Origin: an uncultured Desulfobacter sp.
GTDB lineage: Bacteria > Desulfobacterota > Desulfobacteria > Desulfobacterales > Desulfobacteraceae
Reading direction: 5' to 3'
Assembly: GCA_963665095.1 (NCBI GenBank)
Contig: OY762069.1
Location: 4,928,001-4,992,000 of the forward strand
DNA length: 64,000 bases
Shown here in pieces: positions 30,149 through 40,918 of the stretch. The first letter of the stretch is position 1, and each line of letters opens with the position of its first letter. Both the position numbers and the translations under genes were made by a program. The notes beneath the pieces are model-generated. The model searched no databases. It had not been told where the DNA came from and saw only the letters and a list, made by a program, of their open reading frames with translations.

Positions 30149-30914
30149 TACATTCTGCCTGTGTCCCCTTGCCAGCGGCAGCAGGGGGAACGCCATCTTT
30201 GTATCCTCTCCGGATACCGCCGTACTTGTTGATGCCGGGCTTTCAGGTATAGAGATCCAGCGCAGAATGGCCGCTGTTGGTACCTGCCCGGAAAATCTGA
30301 AAGCCATCATCATCACCCACGAACACACAGATCATATAAAAGGCGCAGGGATCTTGAGCCGCAGGTTCAATATCCCTGTGTATGCCACCCGCGACACCTT
30401 TACAGCCTGCAAGAATCTTGGTGTTGTTGATCAGGTCCGTTTTTTTGAATGCGGAACAGCCTTTGATATTGGATCTTTGACCGTCAATCCCTTTTCCATC
30501 AGCCATGATGCCATTGATCCTGTGGGGTTAACTCTGACTTACGGAAATAAGAAAATCGGCATTGCCACAGACCTGGGGGTGGCCACTAACCTCGTTAAAA
30601 CCCACTTAAGCCGGTGCAATGCCTTATATATTGAGGCCAACCACGACCCGGACATGCTCATGGAGGGTCCGCATCCCTGGCATGTGAAACAAAGAGTCAG
30701 GTCCCGGACCGGCCACCTTTCCAACCAGGACACCCGTGACCTTGTGGGACAGGTTTGCCATCAGGGCCTTGACCATGTAGTGCTCGCGCATTTGAGTCAG
30801 GACAACAACCGGCCTGAAAAAGCCGCCGAGGAAATCGCCAAAAGCCTTGACCTGTCCGGAACGGCACTGTATGTTGCAGGACCGGACCATCCCGGTGAAA
30901 TGATTCATATTTAA
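30123..30914 (+). CDS. MBL-fold metallo-hydrolase, YycJ/WalJ-like
   Basis: [44 protein letters not shown]; overlaps the pnp stop. Confidence 0.88.
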   Translation: MMLKRLENNTFCLCPLASGSRGNAIFVSSPDTAVLVDAGLSGIEIQRRMAAVGTCPENLKAIIITHEHTDHIKGAGILSRRFNIPVYATRDTFTACKNLGVVDQVRFFECGTAFDIGSLTVNPFSISHDAIDPVGLTLTYGNKKIGIATDLGVATNLVKTHLSRCNALYIEANHDPDMLMEGPHPWHVKQRVRSRTGHLSNQDTRDLVGQVCHQGLDHVVLAHLSQDNNRPEKAAEEIAKSLDLSGTALYVAGPDHPGEMIHI

Positions 30915-30971
30915 TTTGTGCCAGATGTACGATGGGAAACCAGGTTTGGTTTCATGACCTGAAGGTATGAA

Positions 30972-32447
30972 ATGACACGCATTGTTTTGAGCATGGCAGT
31001 ACTCCTGATAGTCCTTTCTGTTGCCGGCTGCCGTTATATTGAACCGGAACCGGAGATGGCGGTTCCTATTGTGCTTCCTGAATCTTACACACACCTGCCC
31101 GGACCGGCCCCTGATTCATCCGCCTCAAGAAATATCCAGAATGCAGCCCCAGGAGACTGGTGGCACCAATTTAATAATGCCGAATTATCCGATCTGATTG
31201 AAACAGGCCTTTCATCCAGTTATAACCTTAAGGCGCTTAAGGCCAGGGCGGATCAGGCATGGGCAGCCATAAAAGGTGAAAAGTCCGGCACCCGCCCCAC
31301 CCTTGATTATTCCCTTGAAGCCGAGCGCATCCACACCCGGTCCAAGACAAAAGGCAATTCCGCCCAGACAGGCCACGGTCATGACTACACAGCCTCCCTT
31401 GGCGCGGGATACACCCTGGATTTGTGGGGAAAAAACAGTGCTGGAATCAAGGCACAGCAGCTTGAGTATGAGGCGGCCTGTCAGGACCTTGGGGATGCGG
31501 CCCTGGCTTTGACCTGCGATATTGCCGATACCTGGGTGGATATTTTGTCCGTACGAAAACGCATGGCGGTCCTTGAGCGGCAGATTGAGGCCAACCGGAT
31601 GAACCTTAAGCTCCAGGAGCTGCGCTTCATTAACGGCAATGCCTCGGCCCTGGATGTATCCCAGCAGAGAGAGGCCCTGGCTCAGGTTCTGTCCGCCCTG
31701 CCATTGCTGGAAAAGAATGAAAAACAGCTGGTGAACGCCCTGAACGTTTTTCTTGGCCGGACTGTAGGAACGCCCGTGACTTTGAGCACTGAAATCCTGC
31801 CTGACAGTTTCTTTGCCCCCCAGCCGGGAATTCCTTCCGACCTGCTTGAAAACAGGGCGGATATCCGGGCCGCCCGGCTACGGCTGGACGCCGCGGTTCA
31901 GGATGTTGAGGCGGCCAAGGCAGATATGATGCCGGACGTAACCCTGTCCGCATCGGCTGTATTTTCCAGCGGCACCCTGGATCTGCTGTTTCAGAACTGG
32001 GTGATGACCCTGGGTGCTGCCCTGGCCGGGCCCCTGATTGACGGCGGGGAGCGAAAAGCGGAAATCGAGCGCACAAGGGCGGTTGTCCGGGAAGTTGTCA
32101 ATGAATATGCCGGAATTGTTGCCGGCGCCATGTGCGAGGTGGAGGATACCTTGGTGGCCATTGACCGGCAGAACGCCTATATCCGGCAGCTTGAACAGCA
32201 GCTCACTGCCGTGCGGGTCACCATGCAGGATGCCCGGGTCCAATATTTGAACGGCCAGAGCAGCTACCTCAATTACCTTGCGGCCTGGGCCTCTCTGGAG
32301 AGCCTGGAACGTCAGATTATCAGTGAAAAAGCATCATATGTGAAAGAACGGATAGCCCTCTACCGGGTAACGGGATGGCAAGGTGCCTATTTAACACAGA
32401 CCTTTTTTAAACAGCCCCAGGACCCAAAAAATGCCGGAGTTGAATGA
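30972..32447 (+). CDS. Efflux outer-membrane lipoprotein (NodT/OprM/TolC family)
   Basis: Lipobox VAGC, WWHQFN, YTLDLWG, PSDLLENRADIRAA, EVEDTL, ALYRVTG. Confidence 0.9.
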   Translation: MTRIVLSMAVLLIVLSVAGCRYIEPEPEMAVPIVLPESYTHLPGPAPDSSASRNIQNAAPGDWWHQFNNAELSDLIETGLSSSYNLKALKARADQAWAAIKGEKSGTRPTLDYSLEAERIHTRSKTKGNSAQTGHGHDYTASLGAGYTLDLWGKNSAGIKAQQLEYEAACQDLGDAALALTCDIADTWVDILSVRKRMAVLERQIEANRMNLKLQELRFINGNASALDVSQQREALAQVLSALPLLEKNEKQLVNALNVFLGRTVGTPVTLSTEILPDSFFAPQPGIPSDLLENRADIRAARLRLDAAVQDVEAAKADMMPDVTLSASAVFSSGTLDLLFQNWVMTLGAALAGPLIDGGERKAEIERTRAVVREVVNEYAGIVAGAMCEVEDTLVAIDRQNAYIRQLEQQLTAVRVTMQDARVQYLNGQSSYLNYLAAWASLESLERQIISEKASYVKERIALYRVTGWQGAYLTQTFFKQPQDPKNAGVE

Positions 32448-32450
32448 TCC

Positions 32451-33635
32451 ATGAGTGAGAATTTATCCCCCACGCCACTGGCGGTCACCCTTTTAAAAAT
32501 TATTTTGCCCCTGTGTCTGATTGGCGGCGGTGTTGCCGGGTATGAATATTACAAAGCACAGGAAGTGACGTTGGATCGCAAGCCTGTTGAAAAGACAGTA
32601 CCTGTTGTGGATGTCATGAACATTTCCCCGGGCCGGTTTACCACACGGATCCGGGCCATGGGCACGGTACAGCCGGACCGGAAGGTGGACGTGAAGGCTC
32701 AGGTGGCCGGGAAAGTTGAAAAAGTGGCTGAGCAGTTTGTCCAGGGGGGGCTGCTGAAAAAAGGCCAGATGATGGTTCAGCTGGAGGAGGCAGATTACAA
32801 TCTGGCCGTGGATAAGGCCCAAAGCGCTTTGAATCAGGCCCTTGCAGATTTTGAAATAGAAAAGGGCCAGCAGCAGATTGCCAAAGAAGAGCTCAGTCTC
32901 ATGGCAAAAATGTCTGTTGACGGGATTCAGGAGACCAGTCTGATATTGAGGAAACCCCAGCTTGAACAGGCCAGGGCTGCAGTGGAGAGTGCCGAAAGTG
33001 ACCTGGAAACAGCGCGCCTGAATTTAAAACGCACACAGATCTGTGCTCCGTTTCATGCACTGATTCTGTCCAAGGATGTGGATGTCGGCGCCATGGCAGC
33101 GGCCCAGGGCACCCTTGCCACACTTGTGGATGTGACCTGTTTCCAGGTAAAGGTTCAGGTACCCCTGGATCGTCTGGACCGCATCCGTATTCATGAAAAA
33201 AATGGGAGCCCTGCCCGGGTACGCTCCCTTTATGCCGGCCGGGAATGGCCCGGTACCGTGGTCCGGTCCACAGGGTCGGTCACAGGACAAAGCCGCATGG
33301 CCGGCGTGATCATCCAGGTGAACGATCCCCTGGGTCTTGGCCCGGACAAGGGTCGTCCTGCCATGCTGCTCGACGATCACGTGGAGGCGGTGATTGAAGG
33401 CCGGGAGTTTGAAAAAGTGTTTGTCCTGCCCCGGGTGGTTTTGCGGGAGGATTCAAATTTGTGGATGTTTAATGACGGGCGCCTGGAGGTTCGCAAGGTG
33501 GCCCCGGTGTGGATAGAGGACGACCGGGTGTTCATCCAGTCCGGCCTTCTGGCTGGCGATCAGGTGATTACATCAGATCTGTCCGCACCTGTACCGGGTA
33601 TGGCTCTGACCCTGGCATCAGAGGTGTCTCAATGA
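32451..33635 (+). CDS. RND efflux periplasmic adaptor (membrane fusion protein)
   Basis: N-terminal TM, GTVQP, AQVAGKV, coiled hairpin, RTQICAPF, GLLAGDQVIT. Confidence 0.9.
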   Translation: MSENLSPTPLAVTLLKIILPLCLIGGGVAGYEYYKAQEVTLDRKPVEKTVPVVDVMNISPGRFTTRIRAMGTVQPDRKVDVKAQVAGKVEKVAEQFVQGGLLKKGQMMVQLEEADYNLAVDKAQSALNQALADFEIEKGQQQIAKEELSLMAKMSVDGIQETSLILRKPQLEQARAAVESAESDLETARLNLKRTQICAPFHALILSKDVDVGAMAAAQGTLATLVDVTCFQVKVQVPLDRLDRIRIHEKNGSPARVRSLYAGREWPGTVVRSTGSVTGQSRMAGVIIQVNDPLGLGPDKGRPAMLLDDHVEAVIEGREFEKVFVLPRVVLREDSNLWMFNDGRLEVRKVAPVWIEDDRVFIQSGLLAGDQVITSDLSAPVPGMALTLASEVSQ

Positions 33636-36600
33636 CCTTGCATTCTGGAGTCAGCACCTCCGCTTCTGAAGGTAACAGCCCTAAAGGGGGTGCACCAAGA
33701 GACCCCGGTCCTAAAGGGCCTATTGCCTGGATGGCCGGAAATTCTGTCGCTGCCAATCTGTTGATGGCTGTTTTTCTGGTGGGGGGGCTGTTCATGGGGT
33801 TCTCCATCAAACAGGAGGTGTTTCCTGAATTCAGCCTGGATTCCGTAACCATCTCTATCTCATACCCCGGTGCCAGCCCCGAGGAAGTGGAGTCGGGAAT
33901 TGTACTGGCCGTGGAGGAAGCGGTTCGGGATATTGAAGGCATTGATGAAGTTACTTCCCAAGCCAGCGAAGGCAGTGCCTCCATAACTGTTGAGGCCCTG
34001 GACGGGGTGGACATCAACCGGCTGTGGCAGGAGATCAAAAGTGAGGTGGACCGCATTGACACCTTCCCCGATGAAGCAGAAGACCCTGTGGTCACCATCA
34101 GTTCCCGGCAGCGGGAAGTGGTCCGCCTGGCCCTCTACGGCAATGCCCCGGAAACCACCATGCGGGATCTGGCCGATGATATCCGGGAACAGCTCCTTTC
34201 CGACCCCGGTATTACCCAGGTAGAGCTGGAGGGAGTCAGGGACCGAGAAATTCTCGTTGAAGTGTCCACCAACACCCTGCGGCGGTACGGCATGACCATG
34301 GCCGATGTGGCCGACGCCATCTCCACGGCTTCCGTGGAACTGGGCGGGGGCGCCATTAAATCCGGGGGCGGGGATATCCTGTTGCGCATAAGCTCCCGTA
34401 AAGACTATGCCAGGCAATATGCCCAGCTACCCATCCGCATACAGGAGGATGGCTCCCAGGTGCTGCTGTCTGATATTGCCCGGGTGAGTGAAGGGTTTGA
34501 GGATTCAGACACCTGGGCCTCTTTTAACGGGAAACGGGCTGTTACCATTGCCGTCTACCGGGTCGGAGAACAAACTCCCACCCAGGTGGCATCCGCCACC
34601 AAGCAGATGCTGAAAAGCATTAATGCAAATCTGCCTGACGGTGTGCATATTGACATTGTACGCAACACCTCCAGAATATTTGATCAGCGCGCTGATCTTT
34701 TGCTGCGCAATGCATACCTGGGGCTGGCTCTGGTGTTCCTGTTCCTGGCACTGTTTCTTGAGATCCGTCTTGCCTTCTGGGTAAGCCTCGGGATTCCCAT
34801 CTCCTTTCTGGGTTCCTTTATTTTTCTGTCAGCTGCCAATTTCACCATCAATATGATCAGCATGTTTGCTTTTATTGTCACACTGGGCATTGTGGTGGAT
34901 GATGCCGTGGTGGTGGGGGAGAATATCTACCATTGCCGGCGCCAGGGGCTGCCGTTTCTGGATGCCGCCATTCAGGGCGCAAAAAGTATTGCCGTGCCCG
35001 TGGTGTTTTCCGTGATCACCAACATGGTGACATTTATGCCGATTATGTTTATTCCCGGCATTATGGGAAAAATATTCAAAACCATGCCTATAGTGGTGGT
35101 GGCGGTTTTTGGCGTCTCTTTGATTGAAAGTCTGTTTATCCTGCCGGCCCATTTAAGCCATGGGGACCAGCGGCCGTTGTTTTTTCCCTTGAATATCCTT
35201 GAACGGTGGCAGGTCCGGTTTTCCACAAAATTTGAAGCCACAGTCAAATCAATTTACGGGCGGTTACTTGCCGTGCTGCTGACCTGGCGGTATACGGTGC
35301 TGACCCTGGGGTTTGCCCTGCTGCTGGTGACAGCCGGTTATGTAGAGTCCGGCAAGATGGGGATGGTCCTGTTCCCCCGGGTGGAGTCTGACTATTCCTT
35401 TTGTGAAATTTACCTGCCCTATGGTACGCCGGTGGATAAGGTCCGGCAGGTGGAAGCCCTGCTGGTGGCATCAGCGGAAAAAACTGTGAATGAAAACGGA
35501 CAGGATGCACTGTCCACAGGTATTTATTCCCAGGTCAGTGAAAATCGTGTTCGGGTAAGGATCCATTTGACTGAACCCGAGGTGCGCCCGGTGTCCACCT
35601 CTGAGGTGACCCGCATCTGGCGTGAGAAGACCGGCCGGATCGCAGGCGTTGAAAGCATCTCCTTTGACGCCAGCCGGGGAGGTCCCGGATCCGGCAAAAG
35701 CCTTACTGTCAGCCTCAACCATCGGGATGTGGAGACCCTGAACCGGGCTGGCGAGGATCTGGCTCAGCGCCTGGGTGAATATCCCATGGTATCGGATATT
35801 GATGATGGCTCGGCCTTGGGAAAACGACAGTTTGACATCAGTCTTACCCCGGCGGGCCATCGCATGGGGCTTACCCAGCGGACCATTGCCAACAGAATTC
35901 GAAGTGCCTACCAGGGCATTGAGGCGGTGAAGAATCAGCGGGGAAGAAATGAGATCACGGTCCGTGTAAGGTTGGCCCCGGACCAGCGTACATCTGAAAC
36001 TGCATTTGAAAATTATGTGATCCAGGCGCCTAATGGGGAGATTTTGCTTCGGGATGCCATTCAGATCACCCGGGGGCGGGCCTACACCGTGATCAACCGG
36101 GTCAATGGACGACGGGAAATTGAAGTGACAGCCAATGTCACCCCCCAGTCATTGTCAGAAAATATTGTTCAGGACATGAAACAGGAGATTTTGCCATCGC
36201 TTGTGGCAAAGTACCCGGGTCTGTCATACGGGTTCAAGGGAAGGCAGGAAGATATTAAAGAAAGCGTCACTTCCCTGGTCAAAGGCCTGGGTCTGGCATT
36301 GTTCTGTGTGTTTGCTTTGCTGGCCGTTCCCTTTAAAAGTTATTTTCAGCCGCTGATCATCATGTTGTGTATTCCCTTTGGCATGATCGGGGCCGTAGCC
36401 GGCCATGTCATCATGGGGTATTCCCTGTCCGTGATGAGTTTATTTGGCCTTGTGGCCATGTCCGGGGTGGTGGTCAATGACTCCCTGGTTCTCATTGATT
36501 TTGCCAACCGCCTGGTGCGCGGCGGTATGCCGGTGGTGGCGGCTGTGCGGGCCGCCGGAATCCAGCGGTTCAGGCCCATTCTCTTAACGACGCTTACCAC

Positions 36601-36826
36601 CTGCGGGGGGCTGGCCCCCATCATAACAGAGACATCCCGTCAGGCACGGTTTCTCATTCCCATGGCCATCTCTCTTGGATTCGGCATTTTATTTGCCACT
36701 GTGATCACCCTGTGTCTTGTGCCCTGCATGTACCTGATCCTTGAAGATATCAAACGCCTGTTCGGGGCGGTTGACGTGCCTGAAGCAGAAAGTACCATGA
36801 TAACTGAAGAACAAAAAAGTATGTAA
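33632..36826 (+). CDS. RND efflux permease (AcrB/D/F family)
   Basis: YPGASPEEVE, GIVVDDAVVVGEN, RFRPILLT, PMAISLGFG; start at the ATGA overlap with the adaptor stop. Confidence 0.92.
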   Translation: MTLHSGVSTSASEGNSPKGGAPRDPGPKGPIAWMAGNSVAANLLMAVFLVGGLFMGFSIKQEVFPEFSLDSVTISISYPGASPEEVESGIVLAVEEAVRDIEGIDEVTSQASEGSASITVEALDGVDINRLWQEIKSEVDRIDTFPDEAEDPVVTISSRQREVVRLALYGNAPETTMRDLADDIREQLLSDPGITQVELEGVRDREILVEVSTNTLRRYGMTMADVADAISTASVELGGGAIKSGGGDILLRISSRKDYARQYAQLPIRIQEDGSQVLLSDIARVSEGFEDSDTWASFNGKRAVTIAVYRVGEQTPTQVASATKQMLKSINANLPDGVHIDIVRNTSRIFDQRADLLLRNAYLGLALVFLFLALFLEIRLAFWVSLGIPISFLGSFIFLSAANFTINMISMFAFIVTLGIVVDDAVVVGENIYHCRRQGLPFLDAAIQGAKSIAVPVVFSVITNMVTFMPIMFIPGIMGKIFKTMPIVVVAVFGVSLIESLFILPAHLSHGDQRPLFFPLNILERWQVRFSTKFEATVKSIYGRLLAVLLTWRYTVLTLGFALLLVTAGYVESGKMGMVLFPRVESDYSFCEIYLPYGTPVDKVRQVEALLVASAEKTVNENGQDALSTGIYSQVSENRVRVRIHLTEPEVRPVSTSEVTRIWREKTGRIAGVESISFDASRGGPGSGKSLTVSLNHRDVETLNRAGEDLAQRLGEYPMVSDIDDGSALGKRQFDISLTPAGHRMGLTQRTIANRIRSAYQGIEAVKNQRGRNEITVRVRLAPDQRTSETAFENYVIQAPNGEILLRDAIQITRGRAYTVINRVNGRREIEVTANVTPQSLSENIVQDMKQEILPSLVAKYPGLSYGFKGRQEDIKESVTSLVKGLGLALFCVFALLAVPFKSYFQPLIIMLCIPFGMIGAVAGHVIMGYSLSVMSLFGLVAMSGVVVNDSLVLIDFANRLVRGGMPVVAAVRAAGIQRFRPILLTTLTTCGGLAPIITETSRQARFLIPMAISLGFGILFATVITLCLVPCMYLILEDIKRLFGAVDVPEAESTMITEEQKSM

Positions 36827-36828
36827 CT

Positions 36829-37725
36829 ATGGCTCATTTTATTACCCAGATTCTCTTACCCATCAGCCTTGCATTCATCATGCTGGGCATTGGGCTGTCC
36901 ATTAAACTCTCAGATTTTTTCCGGCTCAAGCATAATAAGACAGCCATTGCCGGCGGTTTTTTTCTGCAGATAGTCGCGCTTCCGGTTTTGGCGTTTTTAT
37001 TGATTTCTCTTTTTGACATTAAACAGGAGTATGCTGTGGCACTGCTCCTTGTGGCGGCCTGTCCGGGCGGTGTGACCAGCAATGCCATTACGTTTATTTT
37101 TTCAGGGGCAGTGGCGCTTTCTGTGGTGCTGACCCTGTTGAGCAGCATTGTCTCCCCGTTTTCAATTCCGCTGATAGCCCAATGGAGTCTGGGGCATTTC
37201 ATCAGTGATACAGCCCGCCATGAATTCTCGTTAATGGGGGCTGTGGTCAAACTGTTTGCCCTGTCCATTGTTCCCATTCTGATCGGGCAGTTTGCCCGGC
37301 GAGCTGTTCCCGCCTGGTGTGACAGAAACAGTGACCGGTTCAGAAAATTTTCAGGGTGGTGGTTTCTATTACTGCTGCTGGCCATGACAGCCACCAATCA
37401 TACCCTGCTGTTCAAGGTGGTTTCCGATATCGGATGGGTAGTCATTGTTATTGCTGTGGCCGCCATTGCATTAGGCTTTTTCGGCGCGCGACTGATGGGA
37501 CTTTCCTCTGTCTACCGGCTTACGTTAGCCATTGAAGTGGGCATCCAGAACGCCGGAATGGGTATGATCATCACAGGTACGGTGCTGCATAACCAGACCA
37601 TGACCATGATTCTGATTGCCTATGGTATCCTGATGCAGATTCCCATTTTTATTTTTGCCTTTCTGTACAGCCGTCACCTTAACCAGTTGGGGAGCAGTTC
37701 TCTTGCAAACTCAGCCGGCGTTTAA
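36829..37725 (+). CDS. Bile acid:sodium symporter (BASS) family transporter
   Basis: CPGGVTSN and AIEVGIQNAG sodium-site motifs; about 9 TM helices. Confidence 0.88.
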   Translation: MAHFITQILLPISLAFIMLGIGLSIKLSDFFRLKHNKTAIAGGFFLQIVALPVLAFLLISLFDIKQEYAVALLLVAACPGGVTSNAITFIFSGAVALSVVLTLLSSIVSPFSIPLIAQWSLGHFISDTARHEFSLMGAVVKLFALSIVPILIGQFARRAVPAWCDRNSDRFRKFSGWWFLLLLLAMTATNHTLLFKVVSDIGWVVIVIAVAAIALGFFGARLMGLSSVYRLTLAIEVGIQNAGMGMIITGTVLHNQTMTMILIAYGILMQIPIFIFAFLYSRHLNQLGSSSLANSAGV

Positions 37726-37773
37726 TATCAGGCCGCTTTGGATTTTTATTGTGAAAAGGCCCGGCAAAATGGA

Positions 37774-39600
37774 TTAACCGTGTAATTGTTCATGGACTGC
37801 AGCTGAAAATTTTTCAATGGTATATGGCTTTTTCAGCAGAACTGTTTTGCCTAAGGCCATTGCCTGCCGCACCAGGTCTGTTTCTGAAAAACCGGTGATG
37901 ATAATGCTTTTTAGATTCGGATAGATCTGCCGTATGGCCTTCAGGGTGTCATATCCATTGATTCCCGGATCCATGACCATATCGGTAATCAATAAATCCG
38001 GTTTGTTTTCTTCGCAGTACGCTATGGCCTTCTCTCCGCTTTCAACACAGACAGGCACATAGCCTAAATTTCCCAGAACCTGGCTGCCAACCTGCCGCTG
38101 CTCTTTTACGTCATCCACCAGCAGGACTTTCTCGCCCTGACCCATGAACCTTGAACGTGCAGGTCCTTCTTTCCGGGCAGACACAGATTCCCGGGTGACA
38201 GGAAAATATAGGGTGAACCGTGAACCTTGTGTCTGAGATGATTTTATGTCGATAAATCCGTTGTGATCTTTAACCACACTTTGAACAATGGTCATTCCCA
38301 ACCCGGTTCCGCTGCGCCCCATCTTTTTTTGGGTAAAAAAAGGCTCGAAAATACTGTTCAGATCTTGGTCTGTGATCCCTATCCCTGTATCAGACACTTC
38401 AAGCACCGCATATTCGCCTCTGGAAACGGTTTCAATTCCATGCAGATCCTGGTCAATGACAAGGTTGTAAGCCCTGATATCTATACGGCCTTCGAAGGGA
38501 ATGGACTCTGCCGCATTTGATACCAGATTCATGATAACATTGAATATATGAATTTCTGATCCAAAGAGGGTTCCGGGCTCATTGGAAAGGTCCGTATGTA
38601 TCTCCACATCCGGATGAAACCGCCGCAGTTTTGCACATTCCGGGCTGTCCATATAGTGCTGGATGATTTCGGCCAGCCCCACCACTTTTTTGACATTTAC
38701 ATTACTTTTGGACAGGGTTGTCAGGTCTTCAACAATCGCAGCGGCTTTGTCTCCCGAAGACTTGATGATTTTCAGGGGCTCATACAACGGGTCCTGGGGG
38801 GAGATGCTGTAAAGCAATAAATCGGGGTAGGTGGTTACCCCTGTCAATATATTGTTCAGATCGTGGGCAACCCCTGCAGCCAGAAGTCCCATGGCTTCCA
38901 TTCTTTTGGCGCTGACCAGCTTTTCCTCCATCTCCTGCCGGTCTTTCAGCGCTTTTTTAAGTTTTTGGTTGGATGCTTCAAGGGCAGATGTCTTTTCCGT
39001 TATGATCTCAACGTTTTTTACAAGCCGCTGCTGAAGAATGCCCGGACATGCCACCATAATGCCGCCAATAATCAGAAACAGGGTGGCTGCCATTGTCCAG
39101 GCTTCAATGCGGGTGGAATTGGTCATGGCCACATAATCCACCGGCAGCCATCCGTAGCTCATGCCTGCACCCACGGTCAGGATGGTTGCAATACTTGCAA
39201 AAACAGATAACAGGCCGCCTTTCATGCCTGAAAATGTGGTGGTCAGAACAATAAATGTAATCAAAAGGTTGAGTCCGGCCCCACTGAGTCCGGCTCTTCC
39301 CAGAGTTACGACGGCCAGAACATACAGTGCAAGCAGGACAATGCCTGTCTGCCACTGATACGAAAGCTTTTTTTGAAATACCAGACAACATATAAAAGGC
39401 AGGTATATCCCGATGTAGATAAGAGAGATTTCAGGCTTTCCCTGAAGAAAAACCTCCCAAGCACTCACCAGAACAGATGGAAAGCCAAAGATGCAGAAAA
39501 TAAGAACAACACTTTTAAGAAGAATTTGTTTGATGGAAAAGATGCTGTTTCCGGATAATCTGCTGCCAATAGCGTGTATAACGTCATTCAGTAGTTTCAA
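37774..39600 (-). CDS. Membrane hybrid sensor histidine kinase / response regulator
   Basis: Multi-TM N-terminus, GVAHDLNN H-box, NLVSNA, DTGIGI, FEPFFT, GTGLG, receiver LLVDD...TDMVM...KP. Confidence 0.92.
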   Translation of the reverse strand: MKLLNDVIHAIGSRLSGNSIFSIKQILLKSVVLIFCIFGFPSVLVSAWEVFLQGKPEISLIYIGIYLPFICCLVFQKKLSYQWQTGIVLLALYVLAVVTLGRAGLSGAGLNLLITFIVLTTTFSGMKGGLLSVFASIATILTVGAGMSYGWLPVDYVAMTNSTRIEAWTMAATLFLIIGGIMVACPGILQQRLVKNVEIITEKTSALEASNQKLKKALKDRQEMEEKLVSAKRMEAMGLLAAGVAHDLNNILTGVTTYPDLLLYSISPQDPLYEPLKIIKSSGDKAAAIVEDLTTLSKSNVNVKKVVGLAEIIQHYMDSPECAKLRRFHPDVEIHTDLSNEPGTLFGSEIHIFNVIMNLVSNAAESIPFEGRIDIRAYNLVIDQDLHGIETVSRGEYAVLEVSDTGIGITDQDLNSIFEPFFTQKKMGRSGTGLGMTIVQSVVKDHNGFIDIKSSQTQGSRFTLYFPVTRESVSARKEGPARSRFMGQGEKVLLVDDVKEQRQVGSQVLGNLGYVPVCVESGEKAIAYCEENKPDLLITDMVMDPGINGYDTLKAIRQIYPNLKSIIITGFSETDLVRQAMALGKTVLLKKPYTIEKFSAAVHEQLHG

Positions 39601-39673
39601 CAGGTGCTTCCTTCAAGATGTCAGCAGGATCATTACATAATCTGTCATGCTAATATCATAAACTTAAATAAGT

Positions 39674-40474
39674 TTAAACGCGAATCGCTTCAACGAATCC
39701 GGCCATAAGTTCAAGCACATCCTCCCGCTTTTCAAAGTGGGGGGTGTGGCAGCATGCTTCAATTATTTCAATGCGACAATCCGGTGTTCGGGATTTCATT
39801 GCGTCAAGCTGGGCCAACGTCGCATACGGGTCCTGCCGGCCCTGGATCGCCATAACCGGAACAAAAATCCGTTTTAAATATTTTTCAATATTCCACCATT
39901 GGGCAAATCTGGGTCTCAGCCATGTCTGGTTCCATCCCTGAAAAGCGGTTTCTGTATTTTTCCCATGATAGCGTTCAAGTTTCTCTTTGAGCCCTTTTTC
40001 AAAATATGCTTTCCTTGTCGCTTTAAGTCCGATTGTGGTCACAGGTTCACAGAAGACATGGGCCGCTTCCGTGATCAGCCCCCTAAGATGACCGGCCTTT
40101 GGGCTTCCGGCATAGATGATGCCGATGGAGCCGCCGTCTGAGTGCCCGATGATGATATGGTCCCGGATGCCGGCAGCAGCCAGAACCTGTGGAAGTACAC
40201 AAAGGGCTTCCTGATGCAGGAAATTTATTTTTCTTGGCAACGGGCCGGGGTCGGAATTGCCGTAACCGGCCCGGGAAAACATAAATCCCGGCAGGCCTGT
40301 TTTTTTACAGAGCCAGGCGGGAAAATCCTTCCACAGGCGGATGCAGCCCAACCCTTCATGGAGAAAGACCAGCATTAGCGAATCGCGGGGCGGCCGTTCC
40401 CCGATCCACTGACATTCAAGGTTTTGACCGTTTATTTTCAATGTTAAAATACTTTCCTTTGGCTCCTTTATCAT
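39674..40474 (-). CDS. Alpha/beta-fold hydrolase
   Basis: FLHEGLG, GHSDGG nucleophile elbow, QGRQD, HTPH; start uncertain (ATG 40474 chosen). Confidence 0.88.
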   Translation of the reverse strand: MIKEPKESILTLKINGQNLECQWIGERPPRDSLMLVFLHEGLGCIRLWKDFPAWLCKKTGLPGFMFSRAGYGNSDPGPLPRKINFLHQEALCVLPQVLAAAGIRDHIIIGHSDGGSIGIIYAGSPKAGHLRGLITEAAHVFCEPVTTIGLKATRKAYFEKGLKEKLERYHGKNTETAFQGWNQTWLRPRFAQWWNIEKYLKRIFVPVMAIQGRQDPYATLAQLDAMKSRTPDCRIEIIEACCHTPHFEKREDVLELMAGFVEAIRV

Positions 40475-40641
40475 GGTATTCAGGTATATATAGTTATATA
40501 TCCCGAAAGTTAAGCCATTTTCAATCAACGATATCACAAACCGCAATATGTTCTTGCGAATCAATTTTAAACAGATTAGGTTAGATGGTTGCCGGCGACA
40601 ATTAATGAAAGATGGAAAGGACGATTCAGATGACAGATCCG

Positions 40642-40887
40642 ATGAAGTGGTTTATGGCTTTTTTTATATTCTTCAGCCTTGTGGCATGTTCCAGAATAAC
40701 CCCTGAAAATTATGATAAAATTAAGCTTGGAATGGATTATCAGCAAGTCGTTGAAATCCTGGGTGAGGCGGACAGGTGTGATGCTGCACTGGGTGCGAAG
40801 AGCTGTATCTGGGGGAATGACCGGAAGAATATTAAAATACAATTTATTGCTGAGAAAGTGGTGATTCCGACGATGAAAGGACTGTAG
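40642..40887 (+). CDS. Small lipoprotein (DUF3862 / SmpA-OmlA-like)
   Basis: Lipobox LVAC followed by ITPENYDKIKLGM...VVEILG. Confidence 0.7.
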   Translation: MKWFMAFFIFFSLVACSRITPENYDKIKLGMDYQQVVEILGEADRCDAALGAKSCIWGNDRKNIKIQFIAEKVVIPTMKGL

Positions 40888-40918
40888 TTTTTAAATTCAC
40901 AGGAGTAAAATAGCCTTT

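Noticed and set aside
28967..30328. 453-aa minus-strand ORF
   Set aside because: Antisense shadow of pnp and the MBL hydrolase
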